DNA of 64,000 bases from an uncultured Pseudomonadales bacterium. Lineage in GTDB: Bacteria > Patescibacteriota > Microgenomatia > UBA1400 > MFAQ01. Below the pieces are notes generated by a model that did not search any database, was not told the DNA's origin, and saw only the letters and a list, made by a program, of their open reading frames with translations. Location of the stretch: the NCBI GenBank assembly GCA_964513845.1, contig CAZENT010000002.1, forward strand, positions 75,916 through 139,915. Direction: 5' to 3'. Both the position numbers and the translations under genes were made by a program. This document shows, piece by piece, positions 19,150-28,754 of this stretch (positions are counted from its first letter, which is position 1; every line of letters begins with the position of its first letter).

Positions 19150-19764
19150 CCACCTTTCAGCAATCTTCTTCATAATATTTTCATGAACTAGTTCGGGGCT
19201 TTCGTTAGCGTTAACAATCTCCCAGCCATACTCAGCGGCAAGTTCGAGATGAATTTTACGATTTAATTCCCAAACAGCATCTCCCGCAGCTTCATGTCGG
19301 TGTCCTCTTTCGATTCCTCCAGAAAATCTCACCGCACCATCAAGCAAAATAGCGATATCGGGATCAATTATTCCCTGATTAAATAAATCCAATAACTCTC
19401 TACTTACACCCTTAGTTAACCCCCAAGACATTCCTGTTCCCTTATAATCCTCCGCAATAACATCTCCCATTTTGAGTAATTCCATCAGCTGCGGTTGAAA
19501 CTGCAATCGATTCTCCGCAAACCAATACTGCAGTTCCTCATCCCCCATTTTTATTTTGTTACCATTTTCATCTGGGCGCAGTACACTGTTTATCAAAATT
19601 CCGGTTTCTGATGAATATATTGGGTATTTCAACCGCGTATATGGCCTCCCCATTAGCTGCCAATCTCTTTCCAATAGCTCCAATTGTTTCGACTTACCAA
19701 GATTATTTGAACCATACAACACCATCAACCTTCCCCTGCCTTGAAATAAATTATCCCTCAGCAT
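19147..19764 (-). CDS. tmk: Thymidylate (dTMP) kinase family protein
   Basis: P-loop GSNNLGKSKQ, an EDYKGTGMSWG (DRY..S..YQ-like) segment, PDIAILLDG (PDLTILLD-like), and a LID region RFSGGIERGHRHE. Confidence 0.7.
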   Translation of the reverse strand: MLRDNLFQGRGRLMVLYGSNNLGKSKQLELLERDWQLMGRPYTRLKYPIYSSETGILINSVLRPDENGNKIKMGDEELQYWFAENRLQFQPQLMELLKMGDVIAEDYKGTGMSWGLTKGVSRELLDLFNQGIIDPDIAILLDGAVRFSGGIERGHRHEAAGDAVWELNRKIHLELAAEYGWEIVNANESPELVHENIMKKIAERW

Positions 19765-19958
19765 CTTCTGTCCTTTGGGTTAATAACCATGGCTTCTTTA
19801 ACTCTTCAGGCAGTTCTACATTTGGGTCTCCCACGTATTTTCGATACTGTTCCAAAATCTCCTCCTCCGTTATCGGCTCAATCTTCAGTTTATTTTCAAA
19901 TTTTCTTTCAACCATGAAATAACTTAAACCTAAATTTCATTTTTGTCTACACCTCAAA

Positions 19959-21254
19959 TTAGAAATTCAAGCCAAACAAGCTGGCAATCATCAAAATCAC
20001 CGCCAACGCCATAAAGATAAAGGTAACCCAAGCAACTACTTGATTTAGTTTTCGGGACTTAAACTTTCCCACAATTCGCTCATCTCCGGCCAGTTTGATG
20101 ATAATAAAAATCAAGGGCACTGCCACCACCCCATTCACGATCGCTGCAAAATACAAAGCCTGCATTGTGTTAATTCCCAATAAATTTATCAGCAATCCCA
20201 CTATCGTCGATATCGCCAAAATTGCGTAAAATCCTTTAGCTTTCGAGAACTTTTTGGATAACCCCTCTTTAATTCCCAAGGCGTCAGACATGGCATATCC
20301 CACCGATCCGGCCAGTACCGGAATCGACTGCAAACCAATCCCGATTATCCCCACAGCAAACAGAAGATAAGCAAAATCTCCCGCCAAAGGGCGTAGGGCC
20401 AGCGCCGCCTGTTGTGGTGTTTCAATACTAAAAATGCCATTTTGATGCAAGGTTGCCGCGGTGGTCAGGATAATAAAAAATGTCATAGTGTTTGAAAAGA
20501 TCATCCCGATTTTGGTGTCAATTCCCATTCCCCTAACTTCTTTGCGAGTTATCTCAGGCTTAATATTAAAGTCACGAATTTTCTTCTCGGCAATTTCTTC
20601 CTCAACTTCTTCCGAAGCTTGCCAAAAGAATAAATATGGAGAGATCGTTGTTCCCAAAAATCCCACCAAGGTCATCAGATATCCCATGTTAAATTCAATG
20701 TTGGGAATCAAGGTTGACATCACTACTTCATCCCAGTTTTGCTTAACCATCAAGGCAGTAACCACATAAACAAGCAATGATAGCCCTAGCCATTTAAGTA
20801 CTTGTGAGTATCTCTTGTAGGGAACTTTTACTTCCAGAATAATCACCAAAACTGACACAACTACAATCCAAAAGTAATATGGTAATCCCAAAAGCATTTG
20901 CAAAGAAGCCGCCATAATTCCCAAGTCGGCTCCAATATTTATCGTGTTGGCCACGGCCAAAAGTACCACCGCAAACCACATCAGACTTTTCGAGTGATAC
21001 TTTTTGATTACAGCGGCCAGACCCTTACCGGTTACCATCCCAATTCGTCCGCACATTTCCTGAACTGCCACCATGGCCGGAATTAAAAATAAGGTCATCC
21101 AGCTCATTCTGTAACCATACTGAGCACCGGCAATGGAGTATGTAGCCACACCCGATGGATCATCATCGGCCGCTCCGGTTACAAAACCAGGTCCAATTCG
21201 TCTAAAAAACCCAAACATGCGATTCCAAACAGCCATAACTCCATCATAGAGCAA
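19959..21254 (-). CDS. NRAMP-family divalent metal cation transporter (MntH-like)
   Basis: GPGFVTGAADDDPSG signature near the N-terminus, 11-12 predicted TM helices. 431 aa. Confidence 0.85.
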   Translation of the reverse strand: MLYDGVMAVWNRMFGFFRRIGPGFVTGAADDDPSGVATYSIAGAQYGYRMSWMTLFLIPAMVAVQEMCGRIGMVTGKGLAAVIKKYHSKSLMWFAVVLLAVANTINIGADLGIMAASLQMLLGLPYYFWIVVVSVLVIILEVKVPYKRYSQVLKWLGLSLLVYVVTALMVKQNWDEVVMSTLIPNIEFNMGYLMTLVGFLGTTISPYLFFWQASEEVEEEIAEKKIRDFNIKPEITRKEVRGMGIDTKIGMIFSNTMTFFIILTTAATLHQNGIFSIETPQQAALALRPLAGDFAYLLFAVGIIGIGLQSIPVLAGSVGYAMSDALGIKEGLSKKFSKAKGFYAILAISTIVGLLINLLGINTMQALYFAAIVNGVVAVPLIFIIIKLAGDERIVGKFKSRKLNQVVAWVTFIFMALAVILMIASLFGLNF

Positions 21255-21384
21255 ATTGAGCCCGAATTACCATCATTATTCAAATAATGTAAGGCTATTT
21301 TACTTGACTATATACGTTATAGGGTATATAATCCCCATATTCGAAATCGTTCGCAAACTTAAAATTTTAAGAGGAGAAAAAGGA

Positions 21385-21735
21385 TTGAAAAATAGCAAAG
21401 AAACCTACACGTGTAAGTGTGGCTACACTCAAGCCACCAATAGTCTCACCGATTGTCCATCATGCAAAAGACAATCTCGAAGAATGGTCATGCTTCGCCA
21501 AAAAGCGGGCATCTTGTCGATTCTTGGACTGATTTCCACCCTGGGGCTGGCAATCATGCTTTCCATCGGGGTTGAAGTTGTATACATGGCAATCCCATGT
21601 TTACTGAGCTTCGTATTCTTTTTCTTGCTGATTTTCATCCAGTATAAGACAAAAGAATATCTCTTGTCCTTGGTTAATGTGTTGGCGTGTTTGTATTACG
21701 CCTTCTTGTTAACCTATTTCTTTATCCTGCATTAG
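21385..21735 (+). CDS. Small zinc-ribbon plus 2-3 TM membrane protein; TTG start inferred
   Basis: RBS agaggag then TTG. CKCGY...CPSCK ribbon followed by hydrophobic helices. The start codon is uncertain (alternative ATG at 21484). Confidence 0.45.
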   Translation: MKNSKETYTCKCGYTQATNSLTDCPSCKRQSRRMVMLRQKAGILSILGLISTLGLAIMLSIGVEVVYMAIPCLLSFVFFFLLIFIQYKTKEYLLSLVNVLACLYYAFLLTYFFILH

Positions 21736-21768
21736 TTCTGCAGGGTTCTTCTTAAATTTTATTACTCA

Positions 21769-21795
21769 AAACCCTCGCTCCGGCGAGGGTTTTTC
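21769..21795 (+). terminator. Intrinsic terminator
   Basis: ccctcgc-tccg-gcgaggg hairpin followed by ttttt. Confidence 0.75.
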
Positions 21796-21836
21796 ATATC
21801 AATATCAACAACTATCTATTTGATATCATTAGCCCA

Positions 21837-22880
21837 GTGTTTTACTTGATTATCTTCCCATTTGTCGCCCTCGCTCTTCGCACCCTTTTCCACCTCTACT
21901 CTTCTACGCTTCTAGACTTCTCCATGTACCTTACGGCCACCAACTATTTTCTCTCTGGTCACAATCCCTACTTGGCCGTTGCTCCTCAGGTTTATCCCCC
22001 GGTCTTTTTATTTATCATGGTTCCCTTTGCGGTTCTTCCGGTTGAAATTGCTAGAGCTCTCTGGACCACACTATCTCTAGTCGCCTTTTTTCTGGCCATT
22101 CACTATCTTTTATCTCATCTCTCCCTCAAACTACAAATCCTTTTTAGCCTAATCGCCTTTCAGCTATTCCCCGTAAAATATGCTCTCGCCCAGGGACAAA
22201 TTAATCTATTTGTTTTCCTAGGGTTTGTTCTTTTGTATCGCTTTACCACTCAAAAGAAGGACTTTCTGGCCGGGCTCACCCTGGCGATTATCACCATCAT
22301 GAAATTTAGCCCAATCCTTTTCTTGCTTTATTTCCTCATCCAAAAAAAATACCGCCCCATTTTTTACTGTCTCGCCGTTTTGGTATTTCTCAACCTTGTC
22401 GTCGATCTTCCTTCTGCCCATCATCTCACTCAGTCTTTCATTGATGGCACCTTTTTTCGCACCACCAATCCTCCACTCTATTACTACAATCAATCTCTTC
22501 CTGCCCTGCTTTATCGGCTAAACTTGTCATCGCTATCCAACCTTTTCAGCGCTTTCATCCTATTTCTTACTGCTTTTTCTTTTATCAAAAATCCATCTCA
22601 GACCAAAAAATATTTCGTCCTTTTTCTCGTAACCATTCTTCTTATTTCCCCCATCACTTGGCAACACTACCTTTTTTGGACCATCACCGTCTTTATCTAT
22701 TTACTAAGTAATACCCAAAAAACACTCCCTCTTCTCACCCTGATTTCTTTTATGCTTATCAATCTAAATCTCAAAAATCCAGTTCCTTTTGATGACTGGC
22801 AAATAATCTATTCTCACGCCACCCTTGGGTTACTTCTATTATATTTCTTAGTCCTCAAATCCACTCCCAAAATGTCCTGA
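21837..22880 (+). CDS. Polytopic membrane glycosyltransferase-like protein (DUF2029/GT87-like)
   Basis: 347 aa with more than 9 TM helices. Overall architecture resembles polyprenol-phosphate-dependent mannosyltransferases. Based on a weak pattern match only. Confidence 0.45.
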   Translation: MFYLIIFPFVALALRTLFHLYSSTLLDFSMYLTATNYFLSGHNPYLAVAPQVYPPVFLFIMVPFAVLPVEIARALWTTLSLVAFFLAIHYLLSHLSLKLQILFSLIAFQLFPVKYALAQGQINLFVFLGFVLLYRFTTQKKDFLAGLTLAIITIMKFSPILFLLYFLIQKKYRPIFYCLAVLVFLNLVVDLPSAHHLTQSFIDGTFFRTTNPPLYYYNQSLPALLYRLNLSSLSNLFSAFILFLTAFSFIKNPSQTKKYFVLFLVTILLISPITWQHYLFWTITVFIYLLSNTQKTLPLLTLISFMLINLNLKNPVPFDDWQIIYSHATLGLLLLYFLVLKSTPKMS

Positions 22881-22913
22881 CGCATCGGCTCGAAGGCACT
22901 ACAATAATCAAAG

Positions 22914-24563
22914 ATGAAAACAGAAAATGAAATTACATCATTTCCGCTTGAATATCCTCATGTTGAGATACCCCAGTTCAACACTCAAATTTCCCTCATC
23001 TTGCGCTCGGAAGCTCCTCTCGACCTCTCTCAGTTTTCTCAAAAACAAAGAGATGATCTAAACTCGGCTGTCGTCATTGCCGGTCAAGCCGGTCGAATGT
23101 GTTACTCCAACTCGTCCCCCTCTCCTCTCGACTACAACACCAAATCAGACAAATATCGAGAAACAACAGACAGAATTTCCCAACAAACCAATGAGTCGGG
23201 CCACGGCTCAACCCGTGAACATGTTCACTACACTTTCAAAATTGACGGCATCTCCAGAAACGCCGTATATTACCTACACTCACACCCTCACTACGTTTCC
23301 GACATGCAGTCCCAGCGATACTGCAATTTTTCCGAAACAAAACCCATTATTCCCGAGTTCGAAGATCCGGCAACAAATCAAAAGGCTGCCGAAGCAGTCA
23401 GAGATCTTGTCGCGGGCTACACTCAGCTTTATGAGCTTCTCACCCCTACGACAAAAGCCTTAATTCTCGAAAGATTTTCGAGCAAAAACAATTCCAAATG
23501 GGAAAGAAAAATCAATGATGACGCCGGCAAAAAGGCTCAAGAAATTGCTCGCTATCTTCTTCCTCTTGGTACTCCCGCAAACCTCTATCACACCATTTCC
23601 GAGCTTACCCTCCTCCGACTCTATCATCAATCCCAAACCATGCCTGTTCAGCCGGAAATGCGGCAAATAATTGAGGGCATGGTGATGACAGTTGCTCAAG
23701 TTGATCCGAGAATCCTTGATGAAATCAAAGAACCTCTCGAAGCTGATCTCGAGCCGGTTCTTCAACTCCAAGATTTTTCAAAATTTTCTGAAGAATATGA
23801 TGCCCTTCTTTCCGGCTATCAAGTCAAGTTAGATGAAGACAACCAGTTGCCCTCAAAAAAACTTGCCCGAGCCGTCAGAGAAACTCTAGGAAAAAGTTCT
23901 CAAGAACTTCCCGACGCAGATGCCCTGGACCTTCTTCTCAATCCTGCCATAAACAAAATGCTGGCTCAAACCAATGGCGATATCACCATCGATCGTTTGG
24001 GGCAGTGTTTAAACCAGGTCAGTCTATCTTTCCTCGTTTCTCTAAGTCACGCCGCCAACGAACAGTTCCACCGTCATCGTGCTTTTAATCACACCGAACA
24101 AATTCAGCTCGCCATTCCCCAAGACGACTACGATATCTTAGTACCGACCATTTTAGAAAAAAATCCAGAAGCCCGAGAGCTCTATCTGGCCATTCAAAAA
24201 CAGCACAATCAAGTACTTCAAGAGTTATTTAATCAAGGCGTTCCACTGGACAAACTACAGTATCTCTTTACCAACGCCACCCGTGTCAGGAAATCCGTCG
24301 ACGCTCCTCTCGGTGCTATCTACCATTTTCTAAAACTTCGCACTTGCCTAAACTCCCAGGAAGAAATCTATCACATTGCCGTTTCTCTCACCAAACAAAT
24401 CTGCGATCTAGACCCAGCACTAAAACCATATTTTAGTTATCCCTCACCTTGTGGTGTTCGTCGCCTTGGCAATGAAAAACCATTTTGCCCAGAAGGCGCT
24501 CATTTTTGTGGAGTCCGTATCTGGGACGTTTCCATCGACGACTTTCCCAAAAGATATATCTGA
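22914..24563 (+). CDS. thyX: Flavin-dependent thymidylate synthase ThyX, tandem-duplicated (fused pseudo-dimer)
   Basis: N-domain HGSTREHVHYTFKIDGISRNAVYYLHSHPHYVSDMQSQRY aligns with the ThyX core (HETPFEHIVFTF...FRHRIASYNELSGRY) but RHR is replaced by SHPH. The C-domain retains HRHRAF. The LPLNLY...RSLMNFLNLR-like segments ARYLLPLGTPANLYHTISELTLLRLYHQ and DAPLGAIYHFLKLR each appear once per half. Confidence 0.75.
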   Translation: MKTENEITSFPLEYPHVEIPQFNTQISLILRSEAPLDLSQFSQKQRDDLNSAVVIAGQAGRMCYSNSSPSPLDYNTKSDKYRETTDRISQQTNESGHGSTREHVHYTFKIDGISRNAVYYLHSHPHYVSDMQSQRYCNFSETKPIIPEFEDPATNQKAAEAVRDLVAGYTQLYELLTPTTKALILERFSSKNNSKWERKINDDAGKKAQEIARYLLPLGTPANLYHTISELTLLRLYHQSQTMPVQPEMRQIIEGMVMTVAQVDPRILDEIKEPLEADLEPVLQLQDFSKFSEEYDALLSGYQVKLDEDNQLPSKKLARAVRETLGKSSQELPDADALDLLLNPAINKMLAQTNGDITIDRLGQCLNQVSLSFLVSLSHAANEQFHRHRAFNHTEQIQLAIPQDDYDILVPTILEKNPEARELYLAIQKQHNQVLQELFNQGVPLDKLQYLFTNATRVRKSVDAPLGAIYHFLKLRTCLNSQEEIYHIAVSLTKQICDLDPALKPYFSYPSPCGVRRLGNEKPFCPEGAHFCGVRIWDVSIDDFPKRYI

Positions 24564-24569
24564 GGTTTC

Positions 24570-26579
24570 CTAGTCTTTTGAGTTTAATTCCTCTTTTTTA
24601 GTTCCTGGTTTGTGCCAGCTAGCCCAGTTACAATTTGGGTAGTCTTCACAGCCATAGAAGTCACGTCCGGTGCGAGTTTTTTTCAAAACCACTCTCTTGC
24701 CACACTTCTCACACTTCACCCCATCGACATACTCGATAAAAGGTGCGGTATATTTGCACTCTGGATATCGCGAACAAGACAAAAACCTACCAAACTTTCC
24801 GTCACGGATTACCTCTTCACCCTCATGACAGATTGGGCACTTTTTTCCAGTTTTTGTCGCTGGCACACCCACTCTCGCACTATCCTTATCCACTTTCAAA
24901 ATATTGTCTCGAAATGCACCCCAGAAGTTACTGAGCATTTTTTTCCATTTCAATTTTCCATCAGCAATATCATCCAGTCCGCTTTCCATCTTGGCCGTAA
25001 ACTCATACTCCATCTCGCGAGGAAAGTTGGCCACCAAAAAATCTACCACAGCCATACCAATCGATGTGGGGAAGAATTTACGTTCTTTTTGCTCCACATA
25101 GCGTCTATCAACAATTGTGGAGATAATGGCAGCGTAGGTACTCGGTCTTCCGATACCTCGCTGTTCCAGCTCTTTAATCAATGAAGCATCATTAAATCTG
25201 GGGGGTGGCTGGGTAAATTTTTGATCTCCAATCACCTTATTCTTTTTTAGCTTTTCTCCGATAGCTAGCACCGGCAAAACCTGCTCTTCATCTTTGTCTT
25301 TTAAGAATAACTTCTTCCATCCGGCAAACTTAATTACGGCTCCAGTCGTTGTTAGTTCATTGTCCCCTGCCGTTACCACAATCTTGGTGTCATCAAATAT
25401 TGCATCGGCCATCTGGCAACCCACAGTTCTTCGCCAAATCAATGAGTACATCTTTTCTTGATCATGAGCCATTTCTTGTCCCACAAATTTATCTGGTGAA
25501 ACTTCAACATGTGTTGGACGCACGGCTTCATGAGCTTCCTGAGCCACCACTTTTCCTGAAGTTTTGTAAATTCTAGGAGTACTTGGCAAAAACTCAGGGC
25601 CATACTTCTCTCCTACATATTTACGAATTTCCTCAATCACACTTGGTGCTAAGTTAAAAGAATCGGTACGGTGATAAGTGATGTCGCCCTGCTCATATAG
25701 CTTTTGAGCCACATTCATCGTTTTCTTGGCCGACCAGCCAAGAACATTGGCCGCTGCTTGCTGAAGAGTGGAAGTTTTAAACGGTTGATGTGGACTTGCT
25801 TTTCTCTCAGACTTTTTGACGTTAGAAACAATATAATCTGCCTTTTCCAGCTCTGCCAATACTATTTTGGCCTTTTCTTCATCATGAATCTCAGCCTTCT
25901 TACCCTTAATTCGAGCTAGCTCTATCTCAAACTTTTCTCCCTTATCTGTTTCCACCTGTACTTTGATCTGCCAGTACTCGTCAGGTTTAAATTTTTCGAT
26001 TTCTCTTTCGCGTTCGACAATAAGGCGAACCGCCACACTCTGAACCCGTCCGGCCGAAAGACCACGACGAACTTTTTTCCACAAAATTGGTGACAATTTG
26101 TAACCCACCAAACGATCCAAGAAACGCCTGGCTTGCTGAGCGTCAACCATGTTCATATCGATGGCTCTTGGGTGCTCCAAAGCCTCCAAAATGGCCTCCT
26201 TGGTGATTGAGTGAAAAGCAATGCGTTTAAAAACCAGGTTCTCTTTTTTGGTTAGCTTTCGAGAATTCTTTAAAATGTGTTCCACATGCCAAGCAATTGC
26301 CTCTCCTTCACGGTCAGGGTCAGCCGCCAGAATAACTTCATCTACTTTAGAAGCTGCATCCTCAAGCTTCTTCACTTGTTCTCCCTTACCTTCCATCAGC
26401 TCGTACGAAGGCACAAAATCAAACTCACCTTTGCCTTCTTCTTTAATATCAATGCCAAACTTACTTTTGGGTAAATCACGCACATGTCCCATGGAGGCCA
26501 TGATCACATAATCGTTCCCTAGGTACTTGCCTAAGCTTTTTGTTTTAGTTGGAGACTCAACGATAATTAGTTTACTCAT
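24570..26579 (-). CDS. topA: DNA topoisomerase I
   Basis: Toprim N-terminus MSKLIIVESPTKTKSLGKYLG, active-site region, and C-terminal zinc-ribbon repeats (CPICHEG...CKYTA, CEKCGKR...CNW). Confidence 0.95.
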   Translation of the reverse strand: MSKLIIVESPTKTKSLGKYLGNDYVIMASMGHVRDLPKSKFGIDIKEEGKGEFDFVPSYELMEGKGEQVKKLEDAASKVDEVILAADPDREGEAIAWHVEHILKNSRKLTKKENLVFKRIAFHSITKEAILEALEHPRAIDMNMVDAQQARRFLDRLVGYKLSPILWKKVRRGLSAGRVQSVAVRLIVEREREIEKFKPDEYWQIKVQVETDKGEKFEIELARIKGKKAEIHDEEKAKIVLAELEKADYIVSNVKKSERKASPHQPFKTSTLQQAAANVLGWSAKKTMNVAQKLYEQGDITYHRTDSFNLAPSVIEEIRKYVGEKYGPEFLPSTPRIYKTSGKVVAQEAHEAVRPTHVEVSPDKFVGQEMAHDQEKMYSLIWRRTVGCQMADAIFDDTKIVVTAGDNELTTTGAVIKFAGWKKLFLKDKDEEQVLPVLAIGEKLKKNKVIGDQKFTQPPPRFNDASLIKELEQRGIGRPSTYAAIISTIVDRRYVEQKERKFFPTSIGMAVVDFLVANFPREMEYEFTAKMESGLDDIADGKLKWKKMLSNFWGAFRDNILKVDKDSARVGVPATKTGKKCPICHEGEEVIRDGKFGRFLSCSRYPECKYTAPFIEYVDGVKCEKCGKRVVLKKTRTGRDFYGCEDYPNCNWASWHKPGTKKEELNSKD

Positions 26580-26635
26580 TACTTATAAAAATATACATTA
26601 AAAACAGAACCAGTATTCTACCACTTACCATTTTT

Positions 26636-26672
26636 CCCAAAAAATACCTCCGCCTAAACTTTCAGGCGGAGG
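26636..26672 (-). terminator. Intrinsic terminator (minus strand) at the 3' side of the GC-rich non-coding block, just upstream of the topA start
   Basis: Minus-strand ccuccgcc-ugaaaguuua-ggcggagg hairpin followed by uauuuuuugg. Confidence 0.7.
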
Positions 26673-27235
26673 TCTGCGTGTGTAAACGAAGTGACCTTTA
26701 AGCTCACCAGTCCATGACGTGCGGAGACAAACAGTGTCTCGCTCAGTCAGCGGAGGGTAGCTTTGTGTGGCAGCGGAATCCCGGGCCACAGTCACATCGT
26801 TTTAAAATAAGGTCACAGCTTATCGAACTCTTTTTTCACGGCATGATCCTTTCGGCGCTTGTTCATCCTGCTCAGGGGTGGCGTGCGTATAGCGGCCACC
26901 ACAGGATGAGTGTTGATAAGATACCAGGGTGATCGCCGGCAAAGACTCAGCGGGGCGCACAATATGTGTACCCAAGCATGTCAGCCCGCAAATCGTTCCT
27001 CCTGGTACGCCGCCCAAAAAATGGCGGTGTCTTTTAAGGGGGGAACGTTAGTTCCCGCCTTGCTTACATGAAGTCGAATTCTTTCTTCAAAAAGTCCTCC
27101 TTTCTGAAAAAAAGACTCATCAGGCTTGCCCGGAATGGGCGTGTGTGTGCCCGATGAGTTAAAACTGTGATCAATGTACATCCTTTTTAGGATAACCGAT
27201 AATATATCACCAATTCCCCCATTTGTCAAGTATAT
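26673..27235 (-). ncRNA. Candidate large structured non-coding RNA of unknown identity; RNase P RNA and tmRNA not verified
   Basis: About 560 nt with no credible ORF. GC is visibly higher (about 55%) than in the flanking genes. Many local hairpins. Ends in a minus-strand terminator. Possible P4-like UCCGGGC/GCCCGGG pairing about 370 nt apart, but consensus motifs were not matched. Confidence 0.35.
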
Positions 27236-27238
27236 AGG

Positions 27239-28753
27239 TTACTTAATAAACAAAGGTACCAGCTCTTTAGCGATTGGCGCCGCCACGGCACTGCCCTCCC
27301 CACCCTCCTCAACCAACACCGTTACCACCACCCAGTCTTTAACATTATTACTCACAGGAATCACCATTGTTAGCCAAGCATTAGGCAAAGTATCCAAGCC
27401 ACCTTTCTGAGCTGTACCTGTTTTACAATATATTTTTCCGGCGTAAGGATACAAAGGAAAGGCTGTTCCCCCCGGGCTACAAACTGCCTGCATCCCTTCA
27501 AGAATTATTTTTCTGTTTGTTTCGTTTATTTTCAGATCCACACAAGGTCCATTGCCTACCAATCTCGGTGAGCATTTCAAGCCAGACACCACCGCCGCCG
27601 TCATCATATTTATCTGTAAAGGTGTTGTCATCAAATCTCCCTGGCCAATAGACATGTGATAAGTATTTCCCAAAAACCACTTTTCTCCAAAAGTTTTCTC
27701 TCTCCAGTAAGGCGAGGGCAAAAATCCTTTTGACTCTCCGGGCAAATCAACTCCCGTTTTTTCTCCCAAACCCAGTTTTTTACTCCAAGACACCAAACCA
27801 TCTACTCCCAACAACTCTCCCGTTTTATAAAAGAAAATATCATTGCTACGCGCGATAGCTTTTACCACATTTATTTGTCCCTCTGTCTGGCCATACTTGT
27901 CCAATAGCCAGTTTCCGAAGCGATACGCTCCAATCACAATTTCACCACTATCTTGTATCAAAGTTTCTTTGGTAATTTTCTTATCCTCCAAGGCCGCAAG
28001 GGCCGGAACTATTTTATATACCGACCCAGGGGCAAAATCCCCCGACAAGGCTCTATTAAACAACGGTTTCTTTTCCGTGTTCGACAACAAACTTTCTACA
28101 TCTTTAAACTCTCCCCCAAAGTCCGATCTTTTCCCATCCGACACAAATAAATTACTATCAAAAGAGGGTGCCGAAACCAAAGCCAGCACTTTTCCATCAA
28201 CTGTGGTCACTACCACGGCTCCACTTTTCCCCGAAGTGACTAAGGCATTTTTCAAGGCCGCAAAGGCTGTTTGCTGCACCGCCATGTCCAGATTAGTCAC
28301 TAAATTTTCTCCCGGAATCGGCTCTTTCCTAACTAGCTCTGTTCTACGCGAGCCCTGGGCAGTTTCTTCAACTACCGTTTCACCCGGAGAACCGGCCAGT
28401 CTTTTTTGATACTGACTTTCCAGTCCATCTCTGCCAATCAAAATATCTCCATTTACTCCCGCTTCCTGCGGTTTCCCGGTATAGCCCACCAATCCCGCAG
28501 TTACCTCACCATAAGGATAAAAGCGCACCACCTTACCCATATTTTCCACATTCATCGCGATATTCTTCCCATTTTTATCGGTAATCACTCCCCTTTTGGC
28601 TTCACTCAGCTCCACTCTCACCATATTTCCCTTGGCGAGATCCGAAAAATGACCTCCCATGAAAACAGTCAAAAAAAACGTTCTTGAAAATCCAACTGCA
28701 AATAATAAAATTAAAATCACACTTGTCAGGCCGTATGACTTATTCGTACTCAT
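27239..28753 (-). CDS. mrdA: Penicillin-binding protein 2 (class B transpeptidase)
   Basis: N-terminal TM, dimerisation domain, transpeptidase domain with GSVYK (SxxK), SGN-like and KTG (KTGTAQ) motifs. Follows mreD. Confidence 0.85.
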   Translation of the reverse strand: MSTNKSYGLTSVILILLFAVGFSRTFFLTVFMGGHFSDLAKGNMVRVELSEAKRGVITDKNGKNIAMNVENMGKVVRFYPYGEVTAGLVGYTGKPQEAGVNGDILIGRDGLESQYQKRLAGSPGETVVEETAQGSRRTELVRKEPIPGENLVTNLDMAVQQTAFAALKNALVTSGKSGAVVVTTVDGKVLALVSAPSFDSNLFVSDGKRSDFGGEFKDVESLLSNTEKKPLFNRALSGDFAPGSVYKIVPALAALEDKKITKETLIQDSGEIVIGAYRFGNWLLDKYGQTEGQINVVKAIARSNDIFFYKTGELLGVDGLVSWSKKLGLGEKTGVDLPGESKGFLPSPYWREKTFGEKWFLGNTYHMSIGQGDLMTTPLQINMMTAAVVSGLKCSPRLVGNGPCVDLKINETNRKIILEGMQAVCSPGGTAFPLYPYAGKIYCKTGTAQKGGLDTLPNAWLTMVIPVSNNVKDWVVVTVLVEEGGEGSAVAAPIAKELVPLFIK

Positions 28754-28754
28754 A

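Noticed and set aside
19751-19915. 55-aa minus-strand ORF (MVERKFENKLKIEPITEEEILEQYRKYVGDPNVELPEELKKPWLLTQRTEDAEG) just upstream of tmk
   Set aside because: It is below the ORF-track length cutoff and overlaps the tmk start. There is no motif or conservation evidence available. Might be real, but unsupported.
26673-27235. Decayed rodA pseudogene after mrdA
   Set aside because: 560 nt is about half the length needed. No frame has membrane-protein-like hydrophobic periodicity. The GC is higher, not lower, than coding neighbours, which points to structural RNA.
26673-27235. Confident RNase P RNA or tmRNA call
   Set aside because: I could find a possible P4-like pairing but not the universally conserved RNase P motifs. 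I found neither a tmRNA tag ORF ending in ...AA-stop nor a 3' tRNA-like T-arm. Reported only as a candidate structured RNA.
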